Notes under the pieces: model-generated
The model's database searches: none
Told to the model about the DNA's origin: nothing
The model's input: only the letters and a program-made list of their open reading frames with translations
Shown: piece after piece, positions 8,062-14,877 of the stretch
Layout: each line of letters begins with the position of its first letter
Numbering within the stretch: position 1 is the stretch's first letter
Translations under genes and position numbers: made by a program
Assembly: GCA_963778815.1 (NCBI GenBank)
Contig: CAVZVS010000004.1
Location: 771,987-835,986, forward strand
Length of the DNA: 64,000 nucleotides
Origin: an uncultured Chloroflexia bacterium
Lineage (GTDB): Bacteria > Chloroflexota > Limnocylindria > Limnocylindrales > CSP1-4
Direction of reading: 5' to 3'

Positions 8062-9339
8062 ATGAGCCTCGGGCCGACGATCCTGCACGTGGACCTGGAT
8101 GCCTTCTTCGCCGCGGTCGAGCAGCGCGACCGGCCCGAGCTCCGGGGCAAGCCGGTCATCGTCGGTGGCAGCGATCCGACGGCACGGGGCGTGGTCAGCG
8201 CGTCGTCCTATGAGGCGCGCCGGTTCGGGGTCCACTCGGCGATGCCCTTGCGGACCGCCTACGCGCTGTGTCCGCAGGGCGTCTTCCTTCCGGTCGACGG
8301 GCGCAAGTACCAGGCCGTCAGCCGCGAGGTCATGACCATCCTGCGAACGTTCACCCCGCTGGTCGAGCCGGTCTCGATCGACGAGGCGTTCCTCGATGTG
8401 GCCGGGTCGCGGGCACTGTTCGGCGACGGACCGACGATCGCGATCGCCATCCGGGCCAAGATCCGGGAGGAAGTCGGCCTGACCGCGTCAGTCGGCGTCG
8501 CCACGACCAAGCTCGTGGCCAAGATCGGGTCGGATCTGCGCAAACCGGACGGTCTGGTGGTCGTCCAGCCGGGCGAGGAGAGCGCGTTCCTGGATCCGTT
8601 GCCCATCTCGCGGCTGTGGGGCGTGGGCGAGAAGACGGCTGGGGCCCTGGCCGAGTACGGGGTGCAGACCATCGGCGATCTGGCCAGGCTGCCCGACGAT
8701 CTGCTCGTTCGTCGGTTCGGCAAACAGGGTGCATCGCTGGGATCGCGAGCGCGAGGCATCGACCCAGACCCGGTCGGTGGCGCGGATCCGGCCAAATCGA
8801 TCGGGCACGAGCACACCTTCGACGTCGACACCTCGGATCCGGACACGATCGAGCGAACTCTCCTCGGGATGGCCGACGGGGTAGCTGCGCGGCTTCGTTC
8901 GGCCGGGCTCAAGGCGGGTACGGTCCAGGTAAAGATCCGCGATACGAACTTCCGGACGATCACCCGCCAACGGACCCTGTCCGACCCGACCGACCTGACC
9001 GAGCCGATCTGGCGCGCCGCGATGGACCTGGCCCGACCCGAGTTGCGCGGCTTGCGGGTGCGCCTGATCGGGGTCACCGCGACGAACCTTGGGGAACGTT
9101 TGCAGTTGGGGATGTTCGAGGACGAGGCTGCTCAGGATGCCGTGCCCACCGAGCAGCGCCGGCGAGCGACCGCGGCCGCAGATGCCGTCCGCCGTCGGTT
9201 CGGGGATCGGGCGATGACCCGGGCGCGTCTCCTCGGCGCCGACCTGCCCGCGCCCTTCGAACGCGACCCGATGAAGCCGCTCGAGCGACGGACGGGCATG
9301 CCCGACCAGGGAGGCGAACCGCAGGATCCCGAGCGGTAG
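8062..9339 (+). CDS. dinB: DNA polymerase IV (Y-family)
   Basis: ILHVDLDAFFAAVEQRDRPELRGKPVIVGG, SIDEAFLDV, and little-finger and HhH regions (LPISRLWGVGEKT). Confidence 0.93.
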   Translation: MSLGPTILHVDLDAFFAAVEQRDRPELRGKPVIVGGSDPTARGVVSASSYEARRFGVHSAMPLRTAYALCPQGVFLPVDGRKYQAVSREVMTILRTFTPLVEPVSIDEAFLDVAGSRALFGDGPTIAIAIRAKIREEVGLTASVGVATTKLVAKIGSDLRKPDGLVVVQPGEESAFLDPLPISRLWGVGEKTAGALAEYGVQTIGDLARLPDDLLVRRFGKQGASLGSRARGIDPDPVGGADPAKSIGHEHTFDVDTSDPDTIERTLLGMADGVAARLRSAGLKAGTVQVKIRDTNFRTITRQRTLSDPTDLTEPIWRAAMDLARPELRGLRVRLIGVTATNLGERLQLGMFEDEAAQDAVPTEQRRRATAAADAVRRRFGDRAMTRARLLGADLPAPFERDPMKPLERRTGMPDQGGEPQDPER

Positions 9340-9387
9340 GCGTCTTTCGGGTCGGGCCCTCGCGCGCTCCACCTGAAGTCCCGTCGG

Positions 9388-9407
9388 TGATGCGAGTCGA
9401 TGCATCA
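9388..9407. promoter_or_regulatory. operator-like element copy A (TGATGC-N8-GCATCA)
   Basis: TGATGCGAGTCGATGCATCA. It sits inside a 26-bp perfect direct repeat (9382-9407 equals 9448-9473). Confidence 0.5.
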
Positions 9408-9453
9408 TCGGCACGGTTGCTGGAGACCGCCGATCCTTCGCGGTCTTCGTCGG

Positions 9454-9473
9454 TGATGCGAGTCGATGCATCA
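9454..9473. promoter_or_regulatory. operator-like element copy B (TGATGC-N8-GCATCA)
   Basis: Identical to copy A, 66 bp downstream. Both lie between the convergent ends of dinB and the XRE gene. Confidence 0.5.
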
Positions 9474-9552
9474 CGGATCGAGGTGCGCGGCGCACCCCCT
9501 CGAGAGCTACCGACGCTCGCACGGACGTGGCGCCGACCATGCAACACCCGCA

Positions 9553-9792
9553 TCAGCGGTCGTCTAGGTCGATCCTGACCTTGCCTACGACAGCGACCAA
9601 CCTCGCCAGGTGAGCAACGCGAATGCTCGTGCGGCTGCCCGTCTCCAGCCGCGAGATCGTTGATTGGGGAACACCGCTCAACTCTGCCAGCGAGCGCTGC
9701 GAAAGGCCGTGGTTCGCTCGGGCGTGTCGGAAGCCGCGCCCGATCGCTTGAACTCCCGCTTCCTCTCGATTCGATGGCCGAGGCATGAACAT
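9553..9792 (-). CDS. XRE-family helix-turn-helix transcriptional regulator (about 79 aa, HTH only)
   Basis: ORF 9553..9954 trimmed to ATG 9792 (or 9786). MFMPRPSNREEAGVQAIGRGFRHARANHGLSQRSLAELSGVPQSTISRLETG is the classic XRE HTH. There is no C-terminal peptidase or sensor domain. Confidence 0.75.
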   Translation of the reverse strand: MFMPRPSNREEAGVQAIGRGFRHARANHGLSQRSLAELSGVPQSTISRLETGSRTSIRVAHLARLVAVVGKVRIDLDDR

Positions 9793-9843
9793 CGAGTCAA
9801 TCTGACCACATGGCCCTGCACTCGCGATCAACCGACTTGTGCG

Positions 9844-9863
9844 TGATGCATCGACTCGCATCG
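9844..9863. promoter_or_regulatory. operator-like element copy C (inverted core, one arm mismatch)
   Basis: TGATGCATCGACTCGCATCg. It is part of a 24-bp direct repeat (9839-9862 equals 9934-9957). It lies about 50 bp upstream of the XRE start. Confidence 0.5.
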
Positions 9864-9880
9864 CGCGAGCAACGCTGCGA

Positions 9881-9928
9881 GGTGAAGCGGTGAAGCGGTG
9901 AAGCGGTGAAGCGGTGAAGCGGTGAAGC
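9881..9928. repeat. octanucleotide tandem repeat (GGTGAAGC)x5 plus GGTGGAGC
   Basis: Read directly: perfect units at 9881, 9889, 9897, 9905 and 9913, and an imperfect unit at 9921-9928. Confidence 0.95.
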
Positions 9929-9938
9929 GGTGGAGCTG

Positions 9939-9958
9939 GTCGTGCGTGATGCATCGAC
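9939..9958. promoter_or_regulatory. operator-like element copy D (perfect arms, inverted core)
   Basis: TGATGCATCGACTCGCATCA, the exact reverse complement of copies A and B. Confidence 0.5.
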
Positions 9959-10088
9959 TCGCATCACGGAGGGATACCTCCGCCGCGCCGCTCGGCGTCG
10001 CCGGCAGACCGAGAACGACTACAGAGGGAACCCTGCAGGCCATGACATCCGAGCTGTCACGACTGCCAGCGAGTCTGCGCGAAAGGGC

Positions 10089-10118
10089 TTGACATCGAAC
10101 ATGCGTTCGGTCTACTGT
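10089..10118 (+). promoter_or_regulatory. SOS-regulated promoter: TTGACA-N18-TACTGT with LexA box in the spacer
   Basis: TTGACA 10089-10094, CGAACATGCGTTCG 10096-10109 (perfect CGAAC-N4-GTTCG) and TACTGT 10113-10118. The layout matches the lexA promoter at 4425-4453. Confidence 0.7.
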
Positions 10119-10130
10119 CGAGCCAGAAGT

Positions 10131-10142
10131 GAACAGACGTTC
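10131..10142 (+). promoter_or_regulatory. second, weaker LexA-box-like site in the 5' UTR
   Basis: tGAACAGACGTTCt has the GAAC-N4-GTTC core but non-consensus flanks. It lies about 10-15 nt downstream of the predicted TSS. Confidence 0.4.
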
Positions 10143-10201
10143 TGTCGCCGAGGTGCCCCGGCCGACGACGAAGTCGCTGCCGACAGAAGGAGCCGATAGA
10201 G

Positions 10202-10471
10202 ATGGCGATGATCCGAATGGAACCGACCGTCGTGCGGGTCCGAACCGACTGGTTCGATGGCCGCCCGCGCGAGATCACCTGGGGCGAGGAACGCCTCACC
10301 GTCACCGCCCTGGCGGCCGTCCGTCACGAGGACTCGGCCTATCCGATGGAGATCGGACCGAGGACCGTCTTCGAGGTCGAAACGGCTCGGGCCCGGGTGG
10401 CCCTAAGCTTCCAGCATCGCTCGCGGCGCTGGACCATCGAAGGCCTCGACGAGGATCGAACGGCGGCCTGA
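10202..10471 (+). CDS. orphan 89-aa soluble protein, predicted SOS-induced
   Basis: ATG 10202 is preceded by GAAGGAG. GC3-rich codon usage. There is no TM segment and no family I can name with certainty. Confidence 0.6.
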   Translation: MAMIRMEPTVVRVRTDWFDGRPREITWGEERLTVTALAAVRHEDSAYPMEIGPRTVFEVETARARVALSFQHRSRRWTIEGLDEDRTAA

Positions 10472-10655
10472 CCTCCCACTCCTCCAACGGTCGCGGCCGA
10501 CGCACCTCCCAGCGTCGGTTCGCGAAGGGACCCTCGCCGGACGGCTGCGCCGGTACCGCATTCGTCCGGCGGGAGTGTCCCAGCCCACGGCCTGGACCGG
10601 TGCATCCGGTGGGTCACCGTCACCCGCCCGGGAGTGCCGCGCCTACAATCCACGC

Positions 10656-11327
10656 GTGGACACCGGTGCGCAGCGCTTCCGAGATCTGACCCTTGGCGGG
10701 TTCGCTGAGAGCCTCGCTTCGGCGGCGCCGGTACCCGGTGGCGGGAGCGCCTCCGCAGTCGCTGCCTCGCTGGGAGCGGGGCTTGTCGCGATGGTGGCCG
10801 CACTCTCGTCGGATCGGCCGAAGTACGCTGCTCACGGCTCGACCCATGCACTCGCCGGCGGACGGGGACGCGAGCTGGTCGACCGGTTCTTGAGCCTCGC
10901 CGACCAGGATTTTGATGCCTACGCCGGGTTCGCGGCCGCCCTGAAGCTGCCCAAGGATGACGACGACCAGCGGGCGATCCGGTCGGCCGCCCTGGCCTCG
11001 GCAGCACGCGTGGCCTCCGAGATCCCGATGGCCTGCGTCGATGCCTGCCTCGAACTCGTCCAGGCCGCGGACATGCTCGCCGGACGGAGCAACGTCAATG
11101 CCTCCAGTGACCTCGGTGTGGCGAGCTTGCTCGCTGAAGCAGCCGCGCGCGGGGCGGCGGCCAACGTCCTGGTGAACCTGCCGTCGGTCGGCGACGAGGC
11201 CTTCGCCGCTGCCATGAAGGACCGGGTCGATCGCGCGCTTGCGGACATCTCCACAACTGCCCGGTGGGTCCAAGAGGTCGTCGAATCCGGCGAGGCGCGA
11301 GCCCCGCTTCCGACGTCGAACCCCTGA
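10656..11327 (+). CDS. cyclodeaminase/cyclohydrolase family protein (FTCD C-terminal-domain type, formimidoyl-THF cyclodeaminase)
   Basis: ORF 10575..11327 trimmed to GTG 10656, which lies 6 nt after TACAAT. The FTCD_C signature is FAESLASAAPVPGGGSASAVAASLGAGLVAMVAAL. Confidence 0.8.
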   Translation: MDTGAQRFRDLTLGGFAESLASAAPVPGGGSASAVAASLGAGLVAMVAALSSDRPKYAAHGSTHALAGGRGRELVDRFLSLADQDFDAYAGFAAALKLPKDDDDQRAIRSAALASAARVASEIPMACVDACLELVQAADMLAGRSNVNASSDLGVASLLAEAAARGAAANVLVNLPSVGDEAFAAAMKDRVDRALADISTTARWVQEVVESGEARAPLPTSNP

Positions 11328-11332
11328 CCGCG

Positions 11333-12223
11333 GTGACCGAAGCCCAAGCGCGGCTTCTTCTCGGCGCTCCGGTAGCGGCCGAGATCCGCGCCTCCGTTCG
11401 CGAAGACATCGCGAGGTTCGTGGAGCGTCGTGGCTATGCGCCGACCCTGGCCATCGTGCTGGTCGGTCGTGACGCGCCATCGGCGGTCTACCTGCGCCAG
11501 ATCCTCAAGGCTTGCGAAGCCGCCGGGATCGGCGGCCGGCTGGTCGAGATCGAAAGCGATGGTGCCGATGGCGCGGACCTCGAGGCGCGGGTCACGAGCG
11601 CGATCCGCAGCCTGAATGACGACCCGCTGGTCGCCGGGATCATCGTCCAGATGCCCCTCCCGGCGAGCGTCCGGCTCCGCTCGATCATCGACGTGATCGA
11701 CCCGACCAAGGACATCGACGGGATCCATCCGCTCAACGCGGGCCTGCTCCGCCTCGGTTACGAGGGCTTCCTGCCGGCCACCGCCCACGCGGCGATCGAG
11801 ATCCTGCACCGCTACGACATCCCGATCGAGGGCCGCGAGGCGGTCGTCGTCGGTCGCTCGAACGTCGTCGGGATGCCGGCGGCCTTCATGCTCGTCCGCG
11901 AACACGCGACCGTGACCGTGTGCCACTCCAGGACCGTGGACCTGGCCGAGCATGTCCGGCGCGCCGAGATCCTCGTCGTCGCTGCCGGCAGGCCGGGCCT
12001 GATCACCGGTTCGATGCTTCGTCCTGGGGCCGTGGTCGTCGACGTCGGCATCAACGTGGTCGATGGTCTCATCGTCGGCGACGTCGATATGGCCAGCGCC
12101 AAGCACGTCGCCGGTGCCATCACCCCCGTCCCGGGTGGGGTCGGCCCCGTCACCAACGCTCTCCTCCTCACCCACCTCGTCCGAGCCGCCATCGCCCAGG
12201 CGGCCGACGGCCCCATCACCTAG
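11333..12223 (+). CDS. folD: bifunctional methylene-THF dehydrogenase / methenyl-THF cyclohydrolase
   Basis: GTG 11333 lies 5 nt after the upstream stop. LAIVLVGRDAPSAVYLRQILKACEAAGI, VVGRSNVVGMPAAFML, PVPGGVGPVT. Confidence 0.92.
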   Translation: MTEAQARLLLGAPVAAEIRASVREDIARFVERRGYAPTLAIVLVGRDAPSAVYLRQILKACEAAGIGGRLVEIESDGADGADLEARVTSAIRSLNDDPLVAGIIVQMPLPASVRLRSIIDVIDPTKDIDGIHPLNAGLLRLGYEGFLPATAHAAIEILHRYDIPIEGREAVVVGRSNVVGMPAAFMLVREHATVTVCHSRTVDLAEHVRRAEILVVAAGRPGLITGSMLRPGAVVVDVGINVVDGLIVGDVDMASAKHVAGAITPVPGGVGPVTNALLLTHLVRAAIAQAADGPIT

Positions 12224-12236
12224 GAGCCAAGGCGCC

Positions 12237-13943
12237 ATGAGCTTCCCGTCCGACCTCGAGATCGCCCGTTCGGTCCGTCCCCGCCGGATCGTCGAGGTGG
12301 CCGCCGATCTGGGCTTGACCGAGGGCGAGATCGAGCTGTACGGACCGGTCAAGGCCAAGGTCAGCCTCAGGGGCATCGAGCGACTCGAAGCCGAGAACCC
12401 GCGTGGCAAGTACATCCTGGTCACCGCCATCACCCCGACCCCGTTGGGCGAAGGCAAGACCACGACGACCGTCGGGTTGGCCCAGGGCCTGAACCGGATC
12501 GGGAAGCGCGCGGCGGTCGCCATCCGCCAGCCGTCGCTCGGACCGGTCTTCGGGATCAAGGGTGGCGCCGCGGGCGGCGGCTACAGCCAGGTCATCCCGA
12601 TGGAGGACTTCAACCTCCACCTGACCGGTGACGTCCACGCCATCGGGGCCGCCCACAACCTGGCTGGGGCGTTCATCGACAACAGTCTTCATCACAAGAA
12701 CCCGCTGGGCATCGATCCGTTCACGATCGCCTGGCCTCGGGTCGTCGACATCAGCGACCGGGCGTTGCGCAAGATGGTCATCGGTCTGGGCGGACGCGAA
12801 AACGGCGTCCCACGCGAGACCGAGACGGTCATCACGGTCGGCAGCGAGGTCATGGCCGTGCTCGCCCTGGCCCGCGACCTCAAGGATCTGCGCGCTCGCC
12901 TGGGTCGGATCGTCCTGGCCAACAAGACTGACGGGACGCCGATCACCGCCGACGATCTCAAGGTGGCCGGAGCGATGACCGCGCTGCTGGTCGATGCGAT
13001 CAAGCCGAACCTGCTCCAAACCCTCGAGGGTGGCCCGGCCTTCGTCCATTGCGGTCCGTTCGCCAACATCGCCCACGGCAACAACTCGATCCTGGCCGAC
13101 CGGCTGGCCCTGGCCACCAATGACGCGGTCTGCACGGAGGCCGGCTTCGGGGCCGACATGGGCGCCGAGAAATTCTTCGACATCAAGTGTCGGGCGTCGG
13201 GTCTCCGTCCGGATGCCGCCGTGGTGGTGGCCACCATCCGTGCCCTCAAGATGCACGGCGGTGTCGGCAAGATCGTCGCCGGCAAGCCGCTCGACCCAGC
13301 CCTTGCCGAGGAGAACGTCGAGGCGGTCCGACGCGGCGCCCAGAACCTGGCCAAGCAGATCGAGAACGTGTCCATCTACAACGTCCCGGTCGTGGTCGCG
13401 ATCAACGCCTTCCCGACCGACACGCCGGCCGAGGTGGCTACGATCCAGGAGGTCGCACTAGCCGCGGGCGCGCGTGACGCGGTCGTCACGACCCACTGGG
13501 CGGATGGCGGCAAGGGCGCCGAAGCACTCGCCCACGCGGTCTGGGCCGCCGCCGAAGAAGGCGCTCCGGACTTCCAGTTCCTCTATCCGGATGACGCCCC
13601 GCTGCGCGACAAGATCGAGACGATCGCCACCCGGATCTACGGCGCGGCTGGCGTGGAATACCAGCCCGCGGCCGCCAAGGCACTCAAGCAATTCGAGGAG
13701 ATGGGCTTCGGCCATCTGCCGATCTGCATGGCCAAGACCCAGTACTCGTTGAGCCACGACGCCGCCCTCAAGGGCCGACCGACCGGCTTCACCCTGCCTA
13801 TCCGAGAGGTCCGCCTGTCGGCCGGGGCGGGGTTCATCACGCCGCTGTGCGGGGAGATGCGGACGATGCCGGGTCTGCCCTCGCGGCCGGGTGGGGAGAA
13901 CATCGACATCGACGAGAACGGCGACATCGTGGGCCTGTTCTAG
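12237..13943 (+). CDS. fhs: formate--tetrahydrofolate ligase
   Basis: ATG 12237 follows SD AGGAG. MSFPSDLEIARS..., PTPLGEGKTTTTVGL, and C-terminal ...ENIDIDENGDIVGLF. Confidence 0.95.
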   Translation: MSFPSDLEIARSVRPRRIVEVAADLGLTEGEIELYGPVKAKVSLRGIERLEAENPRGKYILVTAITPTPLGEGKTTTTVGLAQGLNRIGKRAAVAIRQPSLGPVFGIKGGAAGGGYSQVIPMEDFNLHLTGDVHAIGAAHNLAGAFIDNSLHHKNPLGIDPFTIAWPRVVDISDRALRKMVIGLGGRENGVPRETETVITVGSEVMAVLALARDLKDLRARLGRIVLANKTDGTPITADDLKVAGAMTALLVDAIKPNLLQTLEGGPAFVHCGPFANIAHGNNSILADRLALATNDAVCTEAGFGADMGAEKFFDIKCRASGLRPDAAVVVATIRALKMHGGVGKIVAGKPLDPALAEENVEAVRRGAQNLAKQIENVSIYNVPVVVAINAFPTDTPAEVATIQEVALAAGARDAVVTTHWADGGKGAEALAHAVWAAAEEGAPDFQFLYPDDAPLRDKIETIATRIYGAAGVEYQPAAAKALKQFEEMGFGHLPICMAKTQYSLSHDAALKGRPTGFTLPIREVRLSAGAGFITPLCGEMRTMPGLPSRPGGENIDIDENGDIVGLF

Positions 13944-14155
13944 GACGAGGCGACCAGCTTCGAGATGACGAACGCCCAGGTGATGACGATCCCGATCAGC
14001 ACGCCCAGCGCTCCGGCGCCGTAGGCCGGCCAGTCGATCGGACCGAGCTCGTCTTCAGCATGGGCGTGGTCGTCGTGGCCGTGATCCTCGCCGTGATCGC
14101 CGAGCCCGTGCGGGTCGCCGCTCATCGGCGCATCGCTGGCGTGAACGTCGGTCAT
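13940..14155 (-). CDS. small His/Asp-rich protein with C-terminal TM helix (hypothetical)
   Basis: MTDVHASDAPMSGDPHGLGDHGEDHGHDDHAHAEDELGPIDWPAYGAGALGVLIGIVITWAFVISKLV. GC3-rich. AGGAGG lies 12 nt upstream. The stop overlaps the fhs stop (CTAG). Confidence 0.45.
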   Translation of the reverse strand: MTDVHASDAPMSGDPHGLGDHGEDHGHDDHAHAEDELGPIDWPAYGAGALGVLIGIVITWAFVISKLVASS

Positions 14156-14202
14156 GGTCGGTAGCAACCTCCTGGCGCATTCTGGCAGATAGACTCGACG
14201 CG

Positions 14203-14877
14203 ATGCTGACCCTTGTCCTGACCCGCCACGGGCTGACCGATCGGTCGCTCCCCGAGCAGCATCTCGGCCAGCGCATCGATATCGGCCTGTCGCCCGCCGG
14301 CCGGGAGCAGGCGCAGGCGCTCGGTCGTCGCCTGGCCGGGGTCGCCTTCGAGCGGATGGTCGTCAGCCCGCTCCTCCGAGCCCTGGAGACGGCGGCCATC
14401 GTCGGGGCGGCGCTGCCCGGTCACCCGCCATCGGAGCTCGACCGACGGCTGGTCGAGATGGATTACGGCGACTGGGAGGGGCTGACCTACGAGCAGATCG
14501 AAGAACGCGACGCGACCCGTCGGAACGACTGGGAAGCGGACCCGGACATCAGCGCCTGTCCCGGCGGCGAGTCGGGAGATGACGTCGCGATCCGGGCGCG
14601 CTCCTTCCTGGTCGACCTGATCGCCTGGCACGACCATCGGCAGGGGACGCCCCACGAGCAGCCGATCCTGGCCGTGGCCCACAGCTCGTTCAACCGGGTC
14701 CTGACCTGTGTCGCCACAGGGATCCCCGTTCGCGAATACCGGCGCCGGTTCAGCCAGGACCAGGCCAACCTGACGGTCCTCCGGTTCGAGCACGGTGTCG
14801 GCCCCGCAGACGCCCGGATCCTGCTCCTGAACGACACGGCGCATCTGCACTCGGCCGGGACGATGCCCTGGGGATGA
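14203..14877 (+). CDS. histidine phosphatase family protein (phosphoglycerate mutase-like)
   Basis: The N-terminal LVLTRHGLTD contains the RHG catalytic motif. Leaderless-type start: TAGACT-N7-ATG. Confidence 0.8.
   Translation: MLTLVLTRHGLTDRSLPEQHLGQRIDIGLSPAGREQAQALGRRLAGVAFERMVVSPLLRALETAAIVGAALPGHPPSELDRRLVEMDYGDWEGLTYEQIEERDATRRNDWEADPDISACPGGESGDDVAIRARSFLVDLIAWHDHRQGTPHEQPILAVAHSSFNRVLTCVATGIPVREYRRRFSQDQANLTVLRFEHGVGPADARILLLNDTAHLHSAGTMPWG

Noticed and set aside
6303-8159. 618-aa minus-strand ORF, with similar long ORFs at 10919..12559, 27979..29442 and 55990..57408.
   Set aside because: The same artefact: antisense or out of frame relative to genes with strong family signatures, with R/G/P/D-rich translations.
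9382-9959. Possible CRISPR array, because of repeated 24-26-bp units.
   Set aside because: There are only two copies per orientation, the spacing is irregular (66 and 95 bp), the pairs are in opposite orientation around a gene, and no cas genes are present.
9382-9964. MITE or IS-like mobile element bounded by 21-bp inverted repeats.
   Set aside because: The flanks show no target-site duplication, there is no transposase, and the cargo is only an 80-aa HTH gene. The arms of the repeat are themselves palindromic, as expected for a dimeric-repressor operator. It is kept as an alternative hypothesis only.
10472-10655. ZTP (pfl) or THF riboswitch upstream of the cyclodeaminase-folD-fhs operon.
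   Set aside because: I could not find the conserved GGGTCGTGACTGGCG or CCGCCTGGGCA blocks; there is only a weak CCGCCCGGGAG resemblance. The best start codon also sits 6 nt after a TACAAT hexamer, leaving no leader. A covariance-model scan would be decisive.
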